Source of the DNA: Octopus sinensis
Taxonomy: Eukaryota
NCBI RefSeq assembly: GCF_006345805.1
Contig: NC_043003.1
Location: 29,698,001-29,762,000, forward strand
DNA length: 64,000 nt
Direction: 5' to 3'
Below are positions 51,339-61,865 of the stretch, piece by piece. The notes beneath the pieces were generated by a model, which saw only the letters and a list, made by a program, of their open reading frames with translations, did no database searches and was not told the origin of the DNA. A program made the translations under genes and the position numbers. The first letter of the stretch is position 1, and every line of letters starts with the position of its first letter.

Positions 51339-53811
51339 AGGCGTATATGTGCGTACCTGTGTGTATGTGCGTGCGTGCATGTATGTGTGCGTGCATGTGT
51401 GCATGTGTTTGTAATTATATATATATATTATATATATATATATAATATATATATATATATATACACATACATTTGTATATATACACATATATACATACAT
51501 TTGTGTGTATATATATATATATACATACATATTCTTATATTCTTTCTTTTATTCTTTTACTTGTTTCAGTCATTTGATTGTGGCCATGCTAGAGCACCAC
51601 CTTTTAGTTGAGCAAATCGGCCCCACAAATTATTCTTTGTAAGCCTAGTACTTATTCTATCGGTCTCTTGCCGAATCACTAAGTTACGGGGATGTAAGCA
51701 CACCAGCATCGCCTGCTAAGTGATGTTTTGGGGTGGACAAACACAGACACACAAACACACACCCATATATATACATATATACAACAGGCTTCTTTCAGTT
51801 TCTTTCTACCAAATTCACTCACAAGGCTTTGGTCGGCCTGAGGCTATAGTAGAAAACACTTGCCCAAGGTGCCATGCAGAGGGACTGAACCTAGAACCAT
51901 GTGGTTGATAAGCAAGCTACATTTTATAGAAATTTTAAAAGTTATGTATTTAAACAAAATATAAAGTATCATATATTCAACATGATCATCAGTATATATA
52001 ATTGTATTTTTATACAGCTGTACGTGTGTGTGTGTACATATGTATGTAAACAGACACTAATACTCTAATTTAGCAGATTCTATCAAACAATCCAACCCAT
52101 GCTAACATGGAGAGTAGGCAGTAACTGATCAAACAACATGACATTGTGAAACTAGGCAGAATGGTACAATCCATGCATTCTGTTTCTGTCTGCTCAATTT
52201 CACTCACAGGAAGTGAGTCAACTTGAAACTATGGCAAAGGCGACATGCTCAATATTCCCTGCAGCAGAATTAAAGCCAGGACATCATGATTGTAAAACAA
52301 ACTTAACTTGGACATAGCCACTGGTGAAGGTGTATCCTGTGGTACGGTAGATGGGTGTTAAGATGTTAGGGAATTGGTAGGTGGAGAGCTACTGAAGAAG
52401 GAGTACAGAAGGTGTTCAAGTGTGGTAATAGAGCAGCTAGGGGTGATAGGTGCAGTGTACAGGTAAACAGGTGGTATAGTGTAGGTACTTAGTCCCAGGC
52501 CAGTTACTGAGTGAACAAATCTGCTAATAAAAGACATTCCAGTCATAATCCTCTCATCCTTCTCTTGGGCATTGCATATCTAGGACTACATTAGCCAATG
52601 TATTCCTCTTTTTTCAAGACTGCACAGTATGATATGCGATGCGGAGGGGGGAATGATCTGTTCTTTCTAGCAGGTTAAATCCTCTTGTTGGTATGGCATA
52701 GTACAGTGGTACAGAAGAGTACTATATGGCAACTAAGGAATAGCAAGAGGATTTATAGCTGTGGCTTTAGAGTTGTAGTAGTAGCACTGTTGCTGCTGCT
52801 ACTACGAGTAGCACCAAAATATATCAAAGTAGGTAAAAGCATCAGCTGTATAAAATGTAGTAGTGGTGCTGGCTTCAGTAGTAATAGCAGAAGCATTGAT
52901 GGTGGCAGTAGTGGTGGTAATAATCTTCTAAGACTAGCACAAGGCCACATATTTTGGGGAAGGGATGTCATTAAATCAAACTTTCAGCTGATTCTTGTTT
53001 GATATTATCACTGACTCCAGGAGGATAAAAGGCAAAAGTTTACAGGAGCATATTTTGAACTCAGAACAAAGGGATGTAACTAAATACTGCAAAGAGTTAT
53101 ATTGCTTCATTGCCCTTAGTCAATCCACCACCCTTGACCAATTAAGCAAAGAAGTCATTAATAAGGGATCACATCGGCTGTTGGGAAAAGATCCAACAAG
53201 AATGTTCCTGTCAGCTAATGATATTTAATAATGAACTGAAATTTGGAAACAATATAGAGAGTGTTAGGGCAGTAATGTATTTACATGAAGTTAAATATGT
53301 TAGCATTATGGATGCGAAACCATTAGCCACTCTATGACCTGACATAATGATCTTTGAGGGCAACCTATTTAACCTACTTAACAAATAAAAGAGGTTTTTA
53401 AACTTCAATTCCCATTCACTGCCACCTAGTTTGCCACAAATAACAGGGAAATGTCTTGTTTTTTGATAGGAAAGGGTTGGAGGTCTATATCAAAACAAGG
53501 GACACATGTGTACATTGTGTAAAGTGTGGTAAGGAAAAAGTGGGGTGGCACCTTTGTAGTGTGTTTTAGGTGTACAGTTTTGACAAAATATATTAAATGG
53601 ACTGTAGAATGAGACATGAGATGTTTGGGATAATTGCTGAAATAAAAGCAACTCGACCCATAAAACAAAACAAAAGCATTATAGTTTAAATATTAATCAT
53701 AAAATTAGGCTAAGTAGATTAAAAAAGAATGACAACAGAAATGGGTGGGGTGGGGGTTGAAAATGTTTGCACAAATCAACAGCAATGACAGCATAAACCA
53801 AATGTACGAAC

Positions 53812-53961
53812 CTAATGTTGATAACAATGGTTGTTTGATACTTGGTACATGTGGAGGTGTAGAAGTACTACTAAATTCAGAAGTACTTAGTCGAGATTTT
53901 GTTGACGGTACATGATTGCCAATTGTATAAGACCCTGATAGAGTAGGTGATGTTTTAGATA
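53812..53961 (-). CDS. SLAIN: SLAIN coding exon (Ser/Thr/Pro-rich, 150 nt, phase 1-1)
   Basis: Strong acceptor TCTCTGTCTTTTATATTTCAG and weaker donor GTTCGT. Open frame (L)SKTSPTLSGSYTIGNHVPSTKSRLSTSEFSSTSTPPHVPSIKQPLLSTL(G) fits the phases of both neighbours. Confidence 0.78.
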
Positions 53962-54227
53962 CTGAAATATAAAAGACAGAGAACATTATAAATGGCTTGA
54001 AAAAGAAATGAAAAGATGTTGAACAGCAAACAAATAGGTAAAAATGTTCAACGGTTGGCAAAGATAGCCGACATACAATAGGTCGAATAGTAGACAATAA
54101 ATAAAACAGCAGGTAATACAACAGACAATTGGTAAAACTAACAGATAGTTATCTGTGTGGTGACAATTAGTAATATAGCCAACTGTTGTAAAATAACAGA
54201 AAATACATAACAAGCTGTCAGTTTTTT

Positions 54228-54455
54228 ATTTATTTCTTTATTGCCCACAAGGGGCTAAACACAGAGGGTACAAACAAGCACTGACAAAGGGATTAAGTCG
54301 ATTACATCGACCCCAGTGCGTAACTGGTACTTAATTTATCGACCCTGAAAGGATGAAAGGCAAAGTCGACCTTGGCGGAATTTGAACTCAGAATGTAACG
54401 GCAGACAAAATACCGCTAAGCATTTTGCCCGGCGTTCTAACGTTTCTGCTAACAG
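54228..54455 (-). mobile_element. tRNA-like SINE family B, young copy
   Basis: Minus strand reads GCAGAAACGTTAGAACGCCGGG...GAGTTCAAATTCCGCC (B-box-like), then core GGTCGACTTTGCCTTTCATCCTTTC; CpGs are retained. Older copies at about 415-620 (+), 18205-18430 (-), 22822-22985 (-), 26665-26875 and 26890-27062 (-), 57705-57930 (+), 60385-60600 (+) and 61025-61210 (+). Confidence 0.85.
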
Positions 54456-54870
54456 TTTCTGTCTACTAATTTCACCGATAAAGCACTGGGTGGCTTGAGG
54501 TGCTCCACAAAGCGATTGAATCGAAACCCACATGGTTACAAAGCAGACTTTGCAACCACACAACCTTGCTTAAATTTTTTTTAATTATATTGTTTCCTAT
54601 CAATATCCTATCCATTTGTTTTCTATTTGTAAATTGCTGTTTTTGTAGTATCAAGTTGATTTTCTTTTGAGAAAAATGTTGGGTGAAGATCAGAATATTT
54701 GTAGTCACTTCTCCATGTGGAGACAATGCAAAGAAGAAATAAAATCTGCCAAAAGGAAAAAAATTAGTAAATCTTATTTTTCTATGTCTGAATCCCAAAC
54801 TTTCTGAAACTATCTGTATGTAAGCTCTATAGAACACGGTTTCCTGTAATAAAACCCTTGAAAAGGGAGG

Positions 54871-55040
54871 GGAAGCAGTAGAACCAAAAGGAGGAAGAGG
54901 AAGCAGAAGGGCCAAAAGGAGGAAGAGGAAGCAGAAGGGCCAAAAGGAGGAAGAGGAAGCAGAAGAGCCAAAGGGAGGAAGAGGAAGCAGAAGAGCCAAA
55001 GGGAGGAAGAGGAAGCAGAAGAGCCAAAAGGAGGAGGAGG
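54871..55040. repeat. 28-bp purine-rich minisatellite, 6 copies, followed by GA-rich low complexity to about 55210
   Basis: Unit GGAAGCAGAAGGGCCAAAAGGAGGAAGA starting at 54871, 54899, 54927, 54955, 54983 and 55011. Confidence 0.92.
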
Positions 55041-55269
55041 CAGAACAGGCAGAAATGGAAGAGGAAAAAGGTGGTGAGGAGAGGGGGCAGAAGATGAGGA
55101 GGAGAGGGGGGCAGAAGAAAATATGGCAAGGCAGGAGGAAAGGAGGATGAGCAGGGGGGAAAGGGGGAGGAGAGGAAGAAAGAATATGGGGAGAGAAGGA
55201 GAGTAAGGCAATAGAGGAACATAAAGACAAACAAATGCTGCCAAGCATTTTACCCAAGTGGGCTAACAA

Positions 55270-56490
55270 TTCTGCCAGTTTGCTACGGCTAGTAATGAAA
55301 ATTGAACTCAATGCTAGAAATAAGATATTAGGTATAAAAAATAGACTAGCCATTCCAGTTATAAATTATGTTAACATTACACACTGGAAGAGAACTGAAA
55401 AACAAAACTTAGAAAACTCAGGAAACTACTAACAACATTCCAAAACCCATTGCTCCAAAGCTTATATAGGTGGAATATACCTCAGTCACACACAGGAGGT
55501 ATGGAGTCTGGTAGAAATAGAGAGTCACTAATGAGAGAATGCCTAGAAAAACATTAAAAAGCAAGCAAAGGAAGCTGATAAATGTAATAAATAAACATGT
55601 TAGAAATAGAGAAAAAAACTTTTCTCTATTAGGAAATATGAAGGCACAAACAGGAAACTAACTGCACTGAAATAACAGATTTAGATAAAGACAAAACAAC
55701 TGAAGAAGATTAAAAGAAAAACAGGCATAGGCATGGTTGTATGGTTAAGAAATTTGCTTACCAACCACATGATTTCAGGTTCAATCCCATTGTGTGACAC
55801 CTTGGGAAAGTGTCTACTACTATAGCAACAGGCTGGCCAAAGCTTGGTGGACGGACTAGGTAGATGGAAACTGAAAGAAGCTCCTTCATACGTGTGTGTG
55901 TGTGTATATGCATATATATGTATGAGTGCGTGTACATATATATTTATATGTGAAGGTGTGTATGCTTCTGTCAGGGGATAGTTGTAAATGAGTGCCACTG
56001 TCATACAGTGTTGCTCATTTCCAATATTCTATGGAAACATGTCTGGCCATGGGAAATATTACCTTGCTTAGAAACAGGTGAGGGCTGGCAACAGGAATAC
56101 CTGCCTCAATAAACTCTGTCAAACCCATATAAGCATAGAAAAGTGAACATTAAAGTGATAATGACAACAATAACGAAACAGAATTCTAAGATATTTAAAA
56201 AGAGAAAAACTACTCTATCATGGTCAATATCTCGCAAATCTTGAAACAGAGAGGAAGTGAGCCAGATTGAAAGTTAAAAATGGCTCAAAAGTTCTGTGCT
56301 AAAAACAGAAACAGAATGTCTGATTGCAGCTGCACAACACCAAGGCCTAGCCACAAACAACTGCAAATATAAAGCAGTCAAAGAAGATGCTGACATCAAG
56401 TGCAATGAGGCATTTGACCACATCACCTCCTGCTGCCCAGTCTTTATGAAATACAAATATGTAGACATTTTGAATTGGCAGCTTTGTCCA
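55270..56490 (+). mobile_element. Decayed R4/Dong-like (RLE) non-LTR retrotransposon fragment, split by a SINE
   Basis: 55270-55620 reads LRLVMKIELNARNKILGI..LAIPVINY...W...KLRKLLT; 56220-56490 reads HGQY...WLKSSVLKTETECLIAAAQHQGLAT...KCNEAFDHITSCCP. Both resemble the post-RT and CCHC regions of R4/Dong elements from recall. Confidence 0.72.
55722..56175 (+). mobile_element. tRNA-like SINE family A, tail type 2 (RTE-like 3' end)
   Basis: Same head as 28414 but a different tail, ending AACCCATATAAGCATAGAAAAGTGAACATTAAA. Related pieces at 2885-3140 (-), 3195-3350 (+) and 10880-11010 (+). Confidence 0.75.
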
Positions 56491-56816
56491 ATGGTCAATA
56501 TGCCAACACTTCATGTAACACAAACATAAAACACAAACAATATACCCCTGTACTTCACCACCACCCAACAAAATAAGGACACGTTTCACATTGCATATAC
56601 TCTGCAAGACAGAAGAAATACAAAAATACTTGCAGAAACAAGTTAAATTCCATCACAAAGTAAAAATAGTGTAGTGTAGTAACATTGATCTACATCTCCA
56701 AAACACAATACTGCATATAACTTAGAAACACAGAGGTGCACCTGGTGTTGCAGTAGAAGTATGTATGAAATTATCAAAATAAAAATTCCTTTTATGGTCC
56801 ATAAGGGCCCAATATG

Positions 56817-56982
56817 TTAACCCTTTCAATACCATATTTCAGTTGGTTTCAACTGATTTCGAAAATCATGAAGAATTAAGTAAAAGAAATTTTGATAGAA
56901 AGTTTTAATGAAGTTCATTTTAAAACAAGAAGTTTGATTCATAGAATTAGGGGTGATCTCAGGTTAGTATCAAAAGGGTTAT
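56817..56982. mobile_element. TTAA-flanked MITE (piggyBac-like ends)
   Basis: TTAA|CCCTTTCAATACC ... GTATCAAAAGGG|TTA. Related copies at 1131-1349, about 37805-38025, 63670-63880 and 15240-15455; related AAGGGTTAA ends at about 36580 and 41260. Confidence 0.6.
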
Positions 56983-58345
56983 GGACAGTATAAGAACATT
57001 GACCATGTGCAAGCAGGATAGTTTCATGACTTCCACATCCTGGACAAATTTGGTTGCTGGTGTTTCCATTCCTATAGAGTTTGCCCTAAATAGGCCATTC
57101 CACCTTGTAGCACTGCCAGGGCAAGGACTTTTGAAAAATGCTAATCCCTCACCTGAAAGTTCTCCAGAAGATACGGTACAGACTGTTCTTTGAGGCCTAG
57201 AATGGTTTCCAGGTCACAGTCATTAATACTCTCCACAAACTCTCTATGGAATGCAAGACTAGTCATTCTGCTCACAATTTATTCCCAATTTTCCTTCACC
57301 TGGAGGTTCAGTTTGAATCACATTAAAGCACCTTAACTGAACCCTCAAACCAATAATAGCAAATACCACTGGCCAGCATAGACGACCTTCTCCTGGTAAC
57401 AAGTTACAAGCCCACCAACATATCATAGTAGATATGTGATCACATAATTTTGTGACATTCTCCCAGTAAGATGCCAGTCACCTTGATTTCTCAGGTGTTT
57501 GACACATGACACTGATGTCAACTTCACTGCATATGCAAAACAATATACCCCTCAATGTCTCCAACATCTTCCTGTCTCCAAACTTACAGGTGAGATAGTA
57601 CTGGGATCTCAACAAATCTCTACATCTGAAAATTGCTGGCCTTGCACCTAAATTAGAAACATCATCATTATTATTATTATAATAATAATGATAATAATTA
57701 TAAGGCAGCAGGCTGGCAGAATTGTTAGCACACCAGGCAAAATGCATCACAACAATTTTGTCCATCTCTATGTCCTGAGTTCAAATTCCGCTGAGGTTAA
57801 CTTAGCCTTCTGTTCATTCTGGATCAATAAAATAAGTATCAGTTAAGTACTGGGGTCAATGTAATCAACTAGCCCCCATTCTCAAAATGTCAAGCCTTGT
57901 GCTTATAGTAGAAAGGATTATTATAATTGCTGCCACCACTGCTACAACAAGCACCAAATTTTTTTCATTATTATTATCTGAATTTAAATCCTGTGTCAGC
58001 TTTAGTGTTCATTCTTTAGGGGCTCAATAGAATACGTACAAGTCAAAAGATAGAGTCTTGTGCTTGTGTATGCAAAAAATCTTGACCATTGTTGTTACTA
58101 TTATTAACACTAACAGGAAAGTTACTGAAAACAGGATATTTGAATTCCCTCTGTATTACTCCTGCCAAAACAATGTTTCCTTATTATCCATTAAACCTTC
58201 CTGATAGGAGGGGTTTATAGAAACAAAACAAAAAGCTTCCTTTTTTTTTGCTATAAAACAAAAACATTGTTAAGATGATGCCAGCCATCTTAATCCAGAT
58301 TTGTTTTATCATAGAAATATTATCAAAAATTCAAGTTCTACTTAC

Positions 58346-58491
58346 ATCTCGCTACTTCTTCTAATTTGAGCACTAATGATTTTCTGGCTAGTTTTACTTC
58401 TGCTTTCGGATGGTCAAATTCTTCCCTCACCCACATGTATGGACTGACCTGGGTTTGTCGTTCTGTCGGGGGTTTCGGTGAACTGTACAAC
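58346..58491 (-). CDS. SLAIN: SLAIN motif-containing protein, first coding exon visible in window
   Basis: Minus-strand acceptor TTCATTTGTTGCAG and donor GTAAGT. Translates (W)LYSSPKPPTERQTQVSPYMWVREEFDHPKAEVKLARKSLVLKLEEVAR, similar to the SLAIN1/2 WLY...W.R..LD.P...ARRSL..RLE block from recall. Starts in phase 2, so the start codon lies upstream outside the window. Confidence 0.9.
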
Positions 58492-58599
58492 CTGCAACAA
58501 ATGAAGAATTTATTAATATTAAATTCTGATAAATATATGCCATCCCCAAATCACTTCTTTATTTTCTTTTTCCTAAATAATCCATAACAGAGAACAGAT

Positions 58600-58760
58600 T
58601 ATCATTAGCACCACCACCATCATGACTGTCATAATCATCATCATCATCATCATCATTACTATCATTATCACTACTATCTCTGTCATGGTGATCATCATTA
58701 TTATCATCATCATCATCATCTTTACAACTATCACTACTATCATTATCATCATCATCATCA
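58600..58760. repeat. (ATC)n trinucleotide-rich tract
   Basis: Degenerate ATC/ACT repeats. Also (TAT)n at 39552-39615, (TAC)n at 44215-44255, (GGTT)n at 38130-38176 and (ATAAA)n at 22785-22815. Confidence 0.9.
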
Positions 58761-60039
58761 CTTTAGATCTGCTTTCCATGCTGACATGGGTTGGACAGGT
58801 TATCACAATTCAAGTCAATTCATAGGAGTTACTGCATTCATTGCCACTTGTATGTGTCACTTTGGCTTGGTTTCTACAACTGGGTGCCCTTTTTATTGCC
58901 AACCACTTTACAGCATGTACCAGTTGCATTTTCTCGTGACATCAGCACAAGAGAGACTGATAAGACCTCAGCAAAACAAGGACCTCATAATTCTATGCTT
59001 CATTCATTTGTTTGCCATCCACTTTGAAGACACATTTTTCATGGCACCAGCATTAGGGAGGTTGTCAAGTCATAGGCAAGATAGAGCTAGGGAACACCTC
59101 ATCTCTATAGCTACTCACTCACTCATCAAGCACTCTATGATGCCATTACCAATTATATGTGTGTGTGCGTGTGTGTGTGTATACATATATATAATTACCA
59201 ATTAACACTTTTGTCTAAAGTCAATATGGAATGGACAAGTCTGCAATTTGGAACCTTCCGTATTACAATATTGATGATGATAATGACAATAATGATTTCA
59301 ATGACAACAGTGCAATAGCATAATTCATTAAAAAAGAAAGATAACTAATTTCAACAAAAATGGCAACTCTATGGAGCAGAAATGCATTGATGAGGAAGAC
59401 AAAATTAGCATTTCTCCAACAAAAACAAGAAATAGAAGTGACAAATGTTATGAAATTCTACCAAATTTGCTCCCCAATTATGATTATAGCTACCACTAGA
59501 ACCTACAGATGTACAAACACAAACTGAACAAAGGAGAGCATACAATATATCTGGGATTCCACAGTATTCAATGTATGATTAACCACTGTGTGTCAGAGCA
59601 TGCAGTATGATCATCCCTTAAAGTTATATAAAGAGAGGTATGGCATATCTGTAGCTATCAACCTGTAGATTGTATCTAATCATTTGGTTGTCTATATACA
59701 TACTTTATTTTGATAGTTAGTGAGAAGCCTTATGGAGAGCTCGCCCATTTCATGAATCTGGACAGTACATCTAGACCTATGAAACATGCAAGCTCTCAGC
59801 AGAGACCCTCACTATCAAAATAAAGAATAGACTCTACATAGCTGTGTATTGAGTCCCCATTTAAACTATGGATTCCCAGATCTATGCCAGGTATATTCCA
59901 CATATACCTACATGATATAGAGCTCTGATCGATCAAATCCAACAAACTGGCAAGTGTTTCATTAATTACATTCTAGTGTTCAAATTTAGATTCAGACTAC
60001 TGATCAGGGGCCAGATATTAAACAAAAACCAGTAGAGCA

Positions 60040-60225
60040 CCAGACAAAACAGTAGAGTACTGAAAAAGAAAGTGAGTACTATACAAAACAGTAGAGTACC
60101 GCATAAAACAATAGAGAATCATACAAGATAACTGAGAATTATGCAAAACAGAGTACCTTACAAAATGGCAAAGTATCACACCAAACAGAGTACTATACAA
60201 AACAGCAGAGTACCATAGAAAACGT
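60040..60225. repeat. Degenerate minisatellite (ACAAAACAGTAGAGTAC-like units)
   Basis: Repeated AAAACAG(T/C)AGAGTAC motifs at roughly 28-bp spacing. Confidence 0.55.
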
Positions 60226-61825
60226 CTTACACTACCTACAACCCACCAGATGATCAAATGTTACTGACACTGATTTTTCCTTTCAATTTTCTAGGTTTGA
60301 TAAAATAATTGGCAAACAAGTACCAAGTTCAATTAATTACGAGTAATTGTACACCCTCTCTTACAATCATCATCATTATCATTATCAAGGAGCTGCATTG
60401 GTAGAATCATAAGAGCACCAGACAGTCTCTTGTGGCATTTCTTTTAACTGTGAGTTCAAATCCTACTGAAGTTAACTTTACATTTTACCCAGCCAGAGTC
60501 AATAAAGTACCAGTTAAGTACTGGATCAATGTAATAGACTAGACTCCATTCCTCTTCCCAATTTCTAGCCTTGTGTTTATGTGAGACACTTATTACTATT
60601 ACTGTTGTCATTAGGACGGTGGGTAGAGCATCAGAAAAAAAGTGTTTTGTCACAGCAGAATTGATACCAGTGCTGGTGCCATATAAAATAAAAATCACTC
60701 ATTCTGGTGCCATGTTAAAAGCAGTGGTGCTGGTGCCACATAAAAAGCACCCAGTACACTCTGTAAAGTGGTTGGTATTAAGAAGGGCATCCATCTGTAA
60801 AAGCCATTCCAGAACAGTCAATGGAAACTGGTGTGACCCCTGACCTTATCAGCTCCTGTCAAATCATCCAATCCATGCCAACATGGAAAGCAGACATTAA
60901 ATGATGATAAGGATGAGGATGATGATGAAGCAGGGAAGTACTGGGGTCGATGTAACTGACTAACCTCCTCCACCTGAATTGCTGGCCTTGTACCAAAATT
61001 TGAAATCATTATTATCATTATTATTGGTATTTTGTCTGTCCTCACATTCTGAGTTCAAATGCCTCCAGGGTCGACTTCACCTTTCATCCTTTTAGAGTCA
61101 ATAAATTAAGTACCAGTTATGCACTGGAGTCAATGTAATCAACTGATCCCCTCCCCCAAAATTTCAGGTCTTGTGCTTATAGTAGAAAGGATTATTATTA
61201 TTATTATTATTTCTACTACAATTATCTACTATTATACCCACACCCACATTATCGATGAAATAAAGGATCAGCTATATACTGAGATTGGTAAAATCAAATA
61301 TACCTCTTCCCAAAAACCAAAATTGTCTGGCCTTGTGCCTAGGTTAAAAAAAATAAAAAGAAAAGAAAAAGAGTATTACTATTCCTCGTTGTTCTATTTC
61401 TGAAAGCTCTTAAAAAAAATAGAGGGAGCTGTGCTATTTTCCTATTTAAGATTGGTATCTTCTACAGTTGCAGAAGTAGGGTTTGTTGGAAAACTACCAG
61501 AGAACAATACCACCCCACCACTCCCATATCTCCTCTCTCTCTCTCCCTCTCATCCCCATCAATTCAATAATCTATTAGAAGCAACAGTGGTTATAGTCTC
61601 AAGATATTGCCTTCTTTTAATTGTAGGGTAAATCAAGGGGAGAAGTGAAGTGATCTCCGCATCTAGAATAACATTACCACCACCACACTTCATACAAATT
61701 ACTAACAATTCCTGACACACACAGTCATAGACAATGCTGACAATTACACAGCAACACATTTAGACAGAGCTAAGGCAGGTAGAGGCACACACACACAGGT
61801 AATGCTAACTATACACAGTTCTACA

Positions 61826-61865
<40 letters not shown>

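Noticed and set aside
54871-55040. CRISPR-like appearance of 28-29 bp repeats (also 25591-25704 and 48574-48720)
   Set aside because: The units are directly adjacent with no unique spacers, the context is a eukaryotic intron, and there are no cas genes.
54472-55353. 293-aa minus-strand ORF and two overlapping ORFs
   Set aside because: They run through the 28-bp minisatellite and CT-rich tract, which lack stop codons by composition. The product is F/L/S/P low complexity and three frames are open.
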